From: Craspedostauros australis
Lineage: Eukaryota
DNA length: 59,615 nucleotides
NCBI GenBank assembly: GCA_030167865.1
Contig: JALAGF010005194.1
Coordinates: 1-59,615 of the forward strand
Direction: 5' to 3'
Made by a program: the position numbers and the translations under genes. Position 1 is the stretch's first letter. Each line of letters opens with the position of its first letter. Positions 23,850 to 36,010 of this stretch are shown here, in pieces. Below the pieces are notes generated by a model. That model was not told the origin of the DNA. It did no database searches and saw only the letters and a program-made list of their open reading frames with translations.

Positions 23850-25713
23850 TCATGATTCATCATCCAATACCGTCGGTTCAGATCTCCTCGTCCACATGCT
23901 CTTGTGTGGTGTCAAACTGGATGCAGATGGAAACCAACTCTGCGCGTAACGCCATATCCTCTGCGACTTGGATTCCTCATCTGCAAGGCTGCCATCTGCA
24001 TCCACGGCGCCTCCCTTCCACCACGACAGGGACGAGGACGACGGCGGTCTCACGTTCGTCTCCTTGACAATCGTCACACGCAACGAATCACAATGCCGCG
24101 CAAACCACAATCGATAAGGCAACGTCATGCCGCACAACGTGCACAACCAAAACAGATGCAACCGAATCAGCTTGCTCGAGGTGCCATGGACGCCGTCCAC
24201 CGGCTGCACGGCCAGCATGCGTCGCTTGTATCCCAGGACCTGAATATCGGTGGAGAATTCCACGAACTCGTCGTTGTGTCCATGGTTCGTCACAAAATCC
24301 GATTGCTGGCGGAAGTAGTCTTCGCGCGACTTTTGGTCGGAGAGAACAAGGAGCTTGGTGAGAGTGAGCTTGGTGAAGGGCGCTCTCGTCGTGGATGTGG
24401 ACGATGCGCGCTTCCAGACTCCTGACATGATACTGTCCTGGCAACTGCAGGGAGAGACGAAAAGGTAGTTGTCACGATTGTCACAGTAATAACAAGAGAA
24501 AACAACGGAGGCAGAGTAGGCGAGAGCTGTGTGAGAGTACTGGGAGGAAAGCAGGCTTCCGATGTGAGACACGCAAAGAACGATAAGGACAGTTGTGGGC
24601 AGCATGCACTCACCTTCCATAGACATAGTCCTGCGAAGCTTGATACGAGATGACTTTCTTCGTGAATGGGAAGCGTGGCGGGCACGCCTTGGAAGGGCTC
24701 GGCGGAAGAGGAACGGAAAGCGGGACATCCGCTTGCTGCTGCGTTTGGTTTGTCGCGAATGATGCATCGCTCCGTTCCATACTGCTGCTGGTTGCAACAG
24801 CATTGTCAGTATTGCCAACGGCGACGCCACCGACGATGCTATTGTTGATATCGCGGGACTCCTCACCGATGGCCTGCAACTCCGCCCGCAGCATATCCGA
24901 TCGATCCCCGAGTAGTTTGTGACCGAGCCGCTTCAACAACGCCGGCAACGACGGAAGATGCAAGTGCCTCGGCTCGTAATGAAATGCTTTGACGGTCCAC
25001 GTGACGGCCGGTTGCTGCGTGCGCATCTGGTCCATGTAGTCTTCCAGCTGCGTCGGGCTGTCGATGGCGTTCGCCAAGAATCGTCTTGTCGTGCAGCCGT
25101 ACGATTCGAGGAAGTAGAAGATGATGATGACGGCGATCATCCAGCGCGATTCAATCGCCGGCAGATGGTTGTACATCCAGCACGATACGGACGACAAAGC
25201 GTGGAATAGGGTGTAGAGGAACCGCGTGATCATCAATATTGCCTGGTTGGTGGCTGCCGACGTGGCTGCTGAGGCTGCTGACGTTGCTGTAGTTGCTGCA
25301 GGAGTTGGCGAATAAAGTGGCAGACCCCATCTGGTCTTGATGAAGCCAATGATGACGAGATAGAGCAAGGTCGTCAGAACGATGGACTGCAGATGATCAG
25401 CGATGCCAATGACCATCTGATCGAGCTTGGGAAGCACGCTCTCATACAAAGTGTGCTCGGAGGCACCTTCCCAGTACACGCGTCCCGTCTCGCGATCGAT
25501 GAGCGCCGATTCGCCCATCAAGGAGGCCTCGATGCGCCCCATCATGCGATCCTCCATGGCGGAATCGTACAAGGACGGCAGGCTGCGCATGTCCGCATCT
25601 ATCTCCGCCATCACTGTTGCGGATAACAGCAACATTGCCGCGATGAAGAGGAGATTCGAAGCAGAGGCCACGCGGGATGCCCCATTATGTGAACAACGCA
25701 TCGGCGGCGTCAT
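23850..25713 (-). CDS. TMEM151: TMEM151-family membrane protein, 2 exons (25713-24614, 24444-23850), 564 aa
   Basis: FYFLESYGCTTRRFL...MRTQQPAVTWTVKAFHYE, FTKLTLTK, LFWLCTLCGMTLPYRLW...IVKE. Intron 24445-24613 (GTGAGT...TGCAG) joins YVYG-S-CQD in frame. Confidence 0.85.
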
Positions 25714-25792
25714 CGATCCGGTTGCCGACTTGTTGAGCTGCCTCAATTAGCTGTCTCGATTAGCTGTCTCGATTGGTAGAAGGATCTCTTCT

Positions 25793-25925
25793 TCTTCTGC
25801 TGCTGCTGCTGCTGCTGTGATTGGAAGCTGGCGGATTTCAACAGATGAAAGTGCAGCGTGGAACTTCGGAGTCGACACGCTCCTTGTTGCTGTTGTTGCT
25901 GTTGTTGCTGTTGTTGCTGTTGTTG
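25793..25925. repeat. CTG/TTG trinucleotide microsatellites between TMEM151 and the FAH gene
   Basis: (CTG)n and (TTGCTGTTG)n tracts seen directly. Confidence 0.8.
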
Positions 25926-26435
25926 TAGCAAGCAGATGAGCAGAGTCCTCTCGACAATGAGCTCCGCGCCATCAAAGCAACAAGCCAACGATGAAATGAA
26001 GTGAAGTGAAGCGATCTGAAGGAAGATAGGGTTGAGTACTTGGCGTGAGATAATTGTGGAGGAACATGGCACCAGACAAGGCAGCAGCTGGAGATGTCTA
26101 CCATGATGTCTACCATGATGTCTGCGAGGGAATCTTTCTTTGTTCGTTGGCTCGTTGGCTTGTTCGCCCGTCTGTCTGTCCATCAATTGCCTTCTGTGTT
26201 CGCATTTTGTTGGGAATGGTATCTTTCTGCCGCCAATAGTCGTGCGATGATCTCTCTTGTGCGGGTGATGTCAGCCGCCCAAGACAGAACAGAAGAGCCT
26301 GACGAGGATCGCATGGCCATGGTCCATGTTTAGGATCACCATCATCATCATAACATGATCGTCGGTAGAGACTCATCGGCACAGCAAAGGCAGTGAGAGA
26401 AAGAGAGAGAGAGAGTGCTTGGATGCTTGCAGACG

Positions 26436-27551
26436 ATGGCCCACATCATCTGTGCCAACAGGATCAGGAGTACGAGCACTTCGGCTGCCAGCAGATACAT
26501 CAACCACATCAACCACATCAACCGGATCAGCTGCCTTCAGTTGCATACAAGTACCAGCAGCTATTCATTGGGACGAGGACGATCAGCAATCGCCTTCACA
26601 CGATCGTGGACGAACAGATTGGCGGACACCATGCCATCGCATGCAGAACGGATGCAGTCGCAAGCTGCCTTGGACTCTTCCAATTGGGTCTTCGAGCCGC
26701 CTCCCATCACTTCCATTCCGGTGCTCACATCGGATGCATCCACGACAACCAACGCTCAACAACAGCATTTCCCTGTGCGGCGCATTCACTGTGTGGGTCG
26801 CAACTACGCCGACCATGTGCGCGAGATGGGTGGCGATCCCACACGTCACGCACCCGTCTTCTTCTCCAAACCACGTGATGCCATCATCGTTGCTTGCGAT
26901 AAGCAAGGCGGTGATGCGATTGCGACCGTCCGCTACCCTCCTTGCACGACCAACCTGCACTACGAGGTGGAGCTCGTCATTGCCATTGGTGGCCATGGTG
27001 CCAACGTCTCCGTGGATCAGGCGGCGAGTCTCGTCTACGGTTACGCTGTCGGCATTGACCTCACGCGACGTGATTTGCAAGCAGAGGCCAAGAAGGCCGG
27101 GCAGCCATGGGACAGCGCCAAGGGCTTTGATGAGTCAGCACCGATATCCTCCATAGTGCCCGTCAACTCGGCCGTCCAAGCAAGCGACTCCCAAGCGCAA
27201 GATGATGCAACGGCACGGAGGGATTCCATCCAACTGCAGTTTCCAGACGTTCCTGCGAAGTGTTTCGATACCAACAACATCACCATCTCTTGCACCGTCA
27301 ACGACGAACAGAAGCAAAACGGCACGCTCGGCCACATGGTCTGGTCCATTCCTGAAATGATCTCCATCCTGTCCCAATACAATGCGCTAGAACCTGGGGA
27401 TCTCATCTTCACTGGAACGCCGTCCGGTGTTGGGCCCATCGTGCAAGGCGATGTTGTGCGTGGCAGTCTCACGCATGCGGACTCCGCCTTTGCATTTCCG
27501 TCCGTACAATTTCGCATGGTTGCGGACGAACAAAAGGATGGTGCAGAGTGA
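26436..27551 (+). CDS. Fumarylacetoacetate hydrolase family protein (acylpyruvate/fumarylpyruvate hydrolase, FAHD1/NagK-like)
   Basis: FPVRRIHCVGRNYADHVREMG, PVFFSKP, LHYEVEL, GIDLTRRDLQ, AKGFD, PGDLIFTGTPSGVG. First ATG at 26436; N-terminal extension. Confidence 0.93.
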   Translation: MAHIICANRIRSTSTSAASRYINHINHINRISCLQLHTSTSSYSLGRGRSAIAFTRSWTNRLADTMPSHAERMQSQAALDSSNWVFEPPPITSIPVLTSDASTTTNAQQQHFPVRRIHCVGRNYADHVREMGGDPTRHAPVFFSKPRDAIIVACDKQGGDAIATVRYPPCTTNLHYEVELVIAIGGHGANVSVDQAASLVYGYAVGIDLTRRDLQAEAKKAGQPWDSAKGFDESAPISSIVPVNSAVQASDSQAQDDATARRDSIQLQFPDVPAKCFDTNNITISCTVNDEQKQNGTLGHMVWSIPEMISILSQYNALEPGDLIFTGTPSGVGPIVQGDVVRGSLTHADSAFAFPSVQFRMVADEQKDGAE

Positions 27552-27668
27552 TCAGTCGAAGTAGCAGTACCAGCAATCGTGGCAAATGATCAGAAGATGC
27601 TTGCAACGCGTAATTTCATCAAGAACATCAAGTGCATCATTCCATTGCTCGATTTATGTACAAGTACG

Positions 27669-30600
27669 CTATGGGTTGTGGGCCTTTGCTGGGCACTTGT
27701 TGTAGGCCAGCGCGAACAACCGTTTCATCATCTCATCCTTGACGTAATGGAACGCCACGCTGCGCTTCGAGCAATGCTCCTTGCCTTCTCGGATGTCGAT
27801 GGAGTACTTGGCGTACCAGTCCTTCGTCTTGGACATGTCCTTAGGCAACCTGTAGTTCAAGTGATGTCCCGGCAGGAACGGCATGTATCGCTCCGATCCC
27901 TCCTCATCCTGCGTGTTGTACGGGTAGATGTCGAACTTCCGCAAGACCCTGGCCACCATCGTGTCCTCCGAGAAGGTCACCTTGTTGGGGAAGTACCTTG
28001 GAAATCCCTCCACGACCAGCGTCTTCAATGTCGCCTTGTTCATGGTGTATCCCGACCCACCGGAAATGAAGATGTTGTCCCTGTCGCCGCCGTACGCAAA
28101 TCGCCGGCCCAAGAACAGCGGCGTCTGCATCTTCGAGTCGCTGTTTTCATCCGGCAGGTACTCCCCGCCATTTGCGGCCGTGCGGATCTCCTCGCTCTCC
28201 AAGTACAGGCGCAAATTCTCCACCATGAGGAAGAGATCGTCGCCGCCGATGTGGAACCAGTCGTACTTTTCGTAGTAGTTGTCGTAAATGTAACTCCACA
28301 TCGATCGTACCTTCTGCCAGATATTGTTGTCTGTCGTCAGGCAAATGAATTCGTTGGTGCGTCGTTAGTGTGTTGTGCATTGTGATGGGTTCATGAGTAC
28401 CCAGATGGAGTTGAAGAAGCAGAACGGAATGAACAGAATCGAAGCATAAGCGACGATGAGGGGTCAGCTCTGCTTTTTGTGACAGCGCACAAACCAACCA
28501 AGCACCACTGTGTCCATAAACTCAAGAGACATGCAGTGCAATCCAACCCAATGCAATTTCAAAAGAGCAGAATACACAGCACACAAACACAGCAAACACT
28601 TACATGTCTCTTCTCCTGCATGAACGATGTCGACAGTCCCAAGAGCAACGTCAGTCTTGTTGGAACCAACGATGAAACCATCGCAGCTTGGTCTGGATGG
28701 ATCGTGATCATGGTGGCGGCGACGATGATGATTGTTGTGGTAGAAAAGGTATAATACAAGGCAGCGGTGGCGATTGCATGTGCGAGAATGTGAGTGACTT
28801 AAAATCCTGCATTGCCTGTTCAGATCTCAGCATACGCACACAGTCGAATAGAGTCGAGGATTCGACAACCACACAACACTGCAGCATGCGCGACGTCCAA
28901 AACTCCAGTGCGTAGCTGCGCGCAGCATCAATACTCGTAGATAGCATACTTTATCAGCACAAGCGCAAAGCACAAGCAGAGCACGAAGACGACGTACCCC
29001 CATGTCTCTCGGATGTTCTGCACTCTGGGGTGACCCGATTCGATGGTGTAGACAAGGCAGAAGATCTTGTCTCGCTTGACCCCGCTGTCTTCCTTCTGCT
29101 GATGCGTCTCAAAGTCGATGGACACACGGTCGTGCATCATCTTGTAGTGGGCATCGTGGGTCGAACATGCCTTCTTGAGACGCTTTTCGGGCATTTCGAA
29201 TCCCGGCGGGTTGTTTCGCAGCGCGGTCTCGTCGGCGATGTATCCCAATTCACCGTTCTCATACTTGGCTCCCATGTGAGGATGGTTCTTGTGGCCATCA
29301 GAAACGTCGACGAAGGTGATGTCGACTGGTTTGGCACGCTGCACGACCTCCAAGCACTGATCACATAATGGCTTGGATGGTCGTTGTCTCTTGACTTGGG
29401 ACAGATCCGGAATTGCATCTCCGCCATCCAAACCTTCAGCCTGACTGTCTTGCTGGTTTGGGTCTGCCTCATTGTTTGCGTTGTTACTTTGTGCGTCTTG
29501 TTGTTGCTGCTCTTCTTGCTGATCTTGTGCTTGCTGCTGGTCATCTGGCTGTTGCTGTTCGTCTTGCTGTCCCTGTTGTTGTTGTTGCTGATCTTGCGCT
29601 AGCTGCTGGTCATCTGGCTGTTCGTCTTGCTGTTGCTCCTGCTGTTGCTCGATATTTGATCCATCGCCACCATCACCACCTTGTTCGTTGTTGGCACGGA
29701 CATCCTCTTGCTGTTGTTGTTGCTGTTCTTCTTGTTGCTGTTCTTGCTGCTGCTCCTCCAACCGCTCTTCGCCTTGCTGATGCTGCTCCTCCAAGCCTTC
29801 CTTGATGGTGTCCGCATGCTCCTGCGCCGCATCTCCATCAAGGAGAAGATCGATCTGCGGACGATCCGTCTGCTCCTCGGGAATGACCTGCTGCAGGATA
29901 TCCGCCACTTGTGGGTTGACAGAATCCGCGTACCACGCAAAGGATCGGCACTTCTTGGGCAGATCGACCGGGAAATTGCCATCCTGCACGGCCTGCGACA
30001 TGAGGGTGCTCCACGCCAGCTGTGTCGTGGTGGCATCGTAGGCCTGCAGGAACTGCTTGCCCGTCATGTCGTCCATCCAGGCCGCAGCGAAGCGCGCCGC
30101 GAGCAGCGTCTCGATGAGGCCCTCGTCCTTGTTGGTGAGGATGGCGGCGCTCTCCGTGATGAGGGCATCCTGCAGCATGTCGATGCCGTCTCCGCAAAGC
30201 CAGAGGTTGAGGGAGAGATCGAGGTTGGCCGACCATTCATCATCGAGCGTGTCGTCCTGACATGGCAGGTTGATGTAGGTGTTGAGACGCATGGCCGTGG
30301 CCGCACCCTCCAAGGCCGGGGTGGAGTAGGACAGACCGTTGGATTGGTTGAGCTCGTCCGCCTTGGCCTCGATCGTCTGCGGCTCCATCTTGACGTTGAA
30401 GGCCGTGGCCTTGTTCGCGTTGTCGGTCGTCTGGAAGGAGACGGCGTTGGCCAGCTTCATGGCCACCTGATCGAGCTCCGTGTTGTCCTCTCCGCCGAGG
30501 GCCCAGTTGTTGCGTGCCGCTGCATTGACATCTGCCGCCGTATCGGCAACGATCGTACTGGGCTTGCGCTGCGACAGCAACGGCGGTGGCACGATGAGCG

Positions 30601-31333
30601 CCGACGTGACGGCCGGCAACCAGGAGGGGTTGACGAAGGCGCATCCCGTGCGCAGCAGGAGGAGAATGAGATCCTCCTGCACGCTCTTGAGGCTGGCCAG
30701 CTCGTGCGTCTCGGCCAGAACGCGGATGAAGTCCACCGCATCCTTGCGCGCCGCTCCCGTTCCCATGGGAACGTCACTGTCGTTCCAGATGAAGTGTATC
30801 TTGCGTCCGTGCTCGTCCTTGTCGCTGTCCGTGGGTTGGTGGTGCTGATCGCGGCGCATGCCATGCCAGTGCGGCACGCTGCCGGACTCCATGGTGCGCA
30901 GCTTGGTGACGAAGCCCTGGTAGTCGGCCTCCGCCATGCCGTCCATGACGACGCAGATGACGAAGATGCGGTTCCAGTCCGTGTTGGCCAGGATGGACTC
31001 CACGCTGTCCAGCACCATGTCCGTCTCCATGGAGGAGGAGACCACCAGGACCATGGCCACGCGAGGATGGGTGGGACCGTAGCCCAGCAGATCCACGCGG
31101 TCCAGCGCCGTGCGCAGGGTGAAGCGCGCTTCGGCAGGCACCAGCAGGCCGGGGTTCTTGCGGGCCAGCTGCGTCGATGCCCGCATGGTGCCTGGGTTGG
31201 AGGCACCGTACAGAGCCAGCAGCACCAGCGGCCAGAAGCAGGCCACCGCCAGCCAAAGCCTCGTCTGGTGGCTCTTGCTGTTCATCTGATCCGCTTTTCG
31301 GCCGCCGGAACGCATCGGTAACGTTCCCGTCAT
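27669..31333 (-). CDS. Type II membrane glycosyltransferase fusion: degenerate ppGalNAc-T (GT27)-like domain + Q-rich linker + C1GALT1-like (GT31) domain; 3 exons (31333-28998, 28692-28604, 28330-27669), 1028 aa
   Basis: Introns 28693-28997 (GTACGT..CAG) and 28331-28603 (GTAAGT..CAG) give the continuous KIFCLVYT...IRETWG-PSCDGFIVGSNKTD...GEET-YNNIWQKVRSMWSYIY..YDWFHIGGDDLF...ENLR...LGRRF...SGGSGY...EDTMVARVL...SVAFHYV. N-terminal TM anchor. Confidence 0.9.
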
Positions 31334-32098
31334 CTTACAGGGTAGGGTGTCTCTGCCTCCCTGCTATACGTCTCCCTGCTCGGATCAGTGCAGGTCAGTG
31401 AAAGATTGTGAGGAGACCAAGGTTGGATGCAATTCTCACCATCTTGTCGTTCGGTCGATGCCCAACGGGTAGTTTGGGAGGAAACGCGAGCAAAAGGTCA
31501 TCTGAGCGCCCTCTCGAAGTTCTCCTGTTTTGTGCACAATTGTGATCGAACGGGTCGTCAATGACTTGACGGATACGGACAAGAAAGACACGAATCGGTC
31601 TCGCTGCTGGAAACCACGATTGAACAGTTCGCTGCGACAGAAAAGTTCTCATCCATGGATTTACACAGAAAGGACGCATAAAGCTCTTTTTCATGAACTC
31701 CTTTTTTCAATTTTCTGTGTCCGTCTCCAAAGAACAGCGATGCAGAAGCTCGGGATTCATGAATTTCGGCCAGTTTTGGGTTGATGCTGGTGATGTCAGC
31801 GATTCAAAATTGTTCGAATGGCGCCAGACAGAAACGAGAAGGAGAGAGATGCGCCAAGTGCCAGGGACAGACGAGATGAGTGTGCGACTTTGAGCCAGTG
31901 TTACTGCGTACGACTGCGCAGCTGTCACAAGCTCGCACGCAGAACAGGAATACCCCAGAAATCCAAAAGAGGCAGTTTCCTCACAGTGCCGCCTTGAACA
32001 AGACACAAACTCAAGCCGTCTGTTTGCACAGAAGACAAGATCGACATCAGCGAAGCAGCATCAACCAAGCAACATCAGCACCAGCGCCAACGATCACC

Positions 32099-34458
32099 AT
32101 GAAGTGGACTCTCCCAACGACCGCATCCTTCTGGATTGCTCTGTGCGCCACCGCTACGGCGAACGCTCATCTTCCGCACGGGCACAATCATCATGGCGAT
32201 CATGCGCATGGAATGGGTAAGCGAAGCGTCAATCACGATGGTGCTGTGGAGAAATTCGGGGTCCGCTCCGAAGTTGCATGGCTCCTGGCTGTTGAACGGA
32301 TGTGAGAGAGTGCCATCAGGGGTGATGATGAAGCGAATGCATGTGGATATGGTCTGTCGTGAGCCTGCCATTTGATATCTGCTAGGCCATGGCTCCGTTG
32401 TTCAGAACGGCCCTCATCTGCCTTCACGCATCAGATTCAGTGGGTATGGGATGAAATGGAACGAGATGAGATCGAAGAACTTCTCTGCCATCACGACCAC
32501 CGCATTCTTCACAAGAGAGGATTTATGTTTGAGTGCGATGGAGAGTAGCCAGGAGTGCTCTATTAGAGTATTCATCAACAATCAACAACAATCAACAACA
32601 GATTGCTTATTCACGCATCGACTCACCTTGCATCTCATTTCACCTCATCTCTCACTCCACATTGCCTCCTTCCTCTGGGATAACATGCAATTGCCTGGCG
32701 ATCTTTCCTTCATCGTGGTTTGGTGTTGGGATATTATTACTCGTCTCGCTTGCGATTGTCGCATTCACTTGAACATCGATGTGAACGTTTCAAGCAGTTC
32801 ACGAACACGAGCATGGGCACGAGCATGGGCACGAACATCACCATGGCCATGATCACAGCCACAACTATCACGGCAAGAACCATCACGGCCACAACAACCT
32901 TCGACACGAGATCAACGACCAAGTGTCCGACGATGGCAGCGAAAGGGAACCAGCCATGCTCCCACACACCCATGTGGCGTATCATCACGTCGAACAGGCC
33001 TGCCGACAGGATCTGGATCGTCTGTGCTCGACGGGACTTCAACACCCACTCTTCATTCTGGAACCTGCCCCAGTTTCCCGCATCTCAGGCGCACCACCAG
33101 CACCACCATCGTCCATGATGGAGCAGGACGACCCGTTCGCATCGATGGAGCAATTCATGCGGGAGATGGATCGCATCCTGGATCACACCATCAATGTGCA
33201 CCACCAGGCCATCCTTGTGGTTGGTGATGACAGCAGCGGCCATGGCGATAGCGTTCACGTCTTCTCCTCTGTCGGCACGGACCAATCACTGCCACCGCCA
33301 CCACCTCCTGCCGGTTTGATGGGAGGCTCCGATCCATTCCTTGACATGGTCGTCAACGACCTCGTCATGACCATGCTCATGGTCCAGCCACCTCCAAATG
33401 AGCCAATGCCCATCATCGCGCAGTCGCAGGCACAGGCACCACCACCATGCGACGAGGAACTGCCAAAGCTTGCCGAAGGCCTCCAGCAGTACGGAAAGCA
33501 GGTGCTCGCAGACCAGGCCGAGGGCAGCGCTCCCGATGCTGCCGCTGACACCAAGGTCCACGTCGCACGTCGCCTTTCCGAGGTCACAACCCGCGACTTG
33601 GAACGGCTGCGTCAGAAACTTCGTCTCCCCTTCACCAAGGATGAACGCATGTGCCTGGCTCAGAACTACCGCCAGCTCTCCAGCAAGTGCGCGCGTTCCA
33701 TCCACATCTTCCGCGAGGTGGCCGAAGGAGAGATCAAGTACGCAAAGGAACAGTCCGAATTCTGCTCCCTCCTCTGGGTGTACATCGCCCTCGTCTCCGT
33801 CCTCATGGTCTTCGTCGTGCTCAAGTTCCAGAAGCGCGCACCGAAGAGGATCCTCAAGCGTCTCATCCTCCAGGCCGTGTACGACAACCCAGACCTCAAG
33901 AGATCCGTCGAGGCTGACTTGGGAGTTGGATCCATCGGTTCCCGACCACCCATGAAGAACCTTGATTCCGAAGGCGACGGTGGCAACAGCTGCCGTTACA
34001 ACCTCAAGACAGCCATGATCTTCGTCATCTTCGCCTTGGTCTTCATCGCCCCCAATTTGGTCCTGCCAATCTGCATTGGAATCACGGCAACGAAGGTCAT
34101 CCGCCTTGCGCATTACCTTTTCGTGTCCGATGGCGAGGATGGACATGAATGCAACAACCGTGACAATGATCACAAGGAAGGATGCTGCTGCTGCTGTTGC
34201 TGCTGCGACAACGGGTCTCCAGACAGCGAGGCCGGTGTCAAGGAATGCTGCGACATGAAGTGCTGCGACAAGAAGTGCTGTGGCGACGGGTGCTGCTGCT
34301 GCTGCAACAACGACGATGCTGCTGATGGTTGTTGCTGCGGAACGACCTGCTGCGAATGCTGCAGCAAGTCCACCCCCGAACCCAAGGGCCGTGGTGAGAA
34401 GCACCGCATCCAGGCCGAGGTCGCCGTCTTCCAGGGCGTTCCCGTCCGAGTTGTTTAG
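32099..34458 (+). CDS. Secretory-pathway membrane protein with His-rich N-terminus and poly-Cys C-terminal tail; 2 exons (32099-32216, 32798-34458), 592 aa
   Basis: accATG + signal peptide (MKWTLPTTASFWIALCATATANA). Intron 32217-32797 (GTAAGC...AGCAG) joins HAHGM-VHEHEHGH in frame with the 32923 ORF. TM segments and strong codon bias. Confidence 0.82.
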
Positions 34459-35950
34459 GGTACAACGACATCACTCGCAGAGCACTACGTAAGTATTTGT
34501 GGGCAGACCAGTGTTGATACATTACGCACGCTGTCCCAAGTCAGTTCTCACTTTAAAGGACCGGAGAGAACATCATCTGCAATTGCGCGGCAACCAACCA
34601 AGCAAGGCAAGGAATGTCCAAACGCAGCGCCAGCAGATTGGGATGAGAATTCACAACCGACTAATGGACTTCGATGGGCAGACTGGTAAAACTAGAGAAC
34701 ATCTAAATATGAACCAATTTTCTCGACGCGATGGTGACATCCTCTCTGCGCCTACAGAAGAGAGAGAGAAAGAGGGTAGCGCACTACAACTCCATGCTCG
34801 GATTAGCAGTTGTGGTCTCCATCGGTCGCCCAATTTCGCAGAAGTTGTCGCCATCGCATTCGTACGCCGCGCGATGTCATGTGCCTGCATCACCCATTGA
34901 GGACACCTGGCTAGGAAGACAAGGGGCGGTGGATGACGGGCACGGCTGCGCAATCAGAATCTCCGTGTTGATGGAAGGCGTGCGAACCTGGCGAAATGGA
35001 ATTTGTGGACATTTTCGTTTCGCGATCCGCAGTTGTTCGTGAATGAGATGAAGCGGGTCACGGAAGCGAACGCGGATGCAGCCTTCACACGCTGATTGGG
35101 TCTGTCGAGGCTAAATCAGTGATACCATCATGGTTTCCGATGACCCGAACCGTTCTTCTCGTTGTCATTATACCTGATCTATCCCTAGCAGTTGATGTAC
35201 AAGAGTGGTTTAACTTTCAGTTGTATTTTCATCGTTCACCGATCCCGCTTCTTGGGATAAACCGACATTGACCACAAAATGATAAGCCCCGCCTGTCTAA
35301 ACATAATCGCGGATACGGGAAAAAGGCTCTCCACGAAGCGCGAGGCTGCGGCGTGTTCGTGCCGAGCCTTCGCCACGTGCTTATCGCTGGTGTTGTTGCC
35401 ACACGTTTTGCAGCTTCACGAGAGCGGTGAAACAATCACCGAATGGCTCGCACAGTGGTGAAAGGCGGAAGAAGCAGTGCACAGAAAATGGCGCAAACCA
35501 GCGGCCAAGGCAACGCGCGTGTTCGCACTGCGCCGCGCAAGAACAGTCCCTGGAGACAACCAAGATCAAGCGGGACATCCATGGCACGGGCGCCACCACG
35601 GTTGTGAACATCGCGAGGCAAGAACGGTAACAGAAGCAACAGTAAAACAGCTCCCATGAGTGACAAAGAGAGCAGCGGCAACAACAAGACCGTGACACCG
35701 CACCGCCGCAACAGTCCAGAGACGAACGACAGGAAGGATCAGGAGCAACAGAGGATCGACGGCAGCGACAACAGCAACGATAGCAACGATAGCAAGGACA
35801 GCAACAACACCTCCACGAGCACCATCCGCGACGAGGGAAGAGAGAACACGAACACCCAGACGAAAGAGAGCAGGCGTTCGGAGTGTAACCGCACGAACAT
35901 TGTCCAAATACTCCGGCTCGTGGGAGAGCAGAACACAGCGCACCGCACAA

Positions 35951-36010
35951 CTACTATACACACTACTATACACACTAATATACACACCACTATACACACC
36001 ACTATACACA
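35951..36010. repeat. 12-bp tandem repeat (CTACTATACACA-like)x5
   Basis: Five near-identical units read directly. Confidence 0.9.

Noticed and set aside
29681..31321. 546-aa plus-strand ORF
   Set aside because: Antisense shadow of the glycosyltransferase caused by codon bias; no motifs.
33286..34404. 372-aa minus-strand ORF
   Set aside because: Antisense shadow of the His/Cys membrane protein.
35951..36010. Tandem repeats as a CRISPR array or telomere
   Set aside because: No spacers, units too short, eukaryotic context, not TTAGGG-like.
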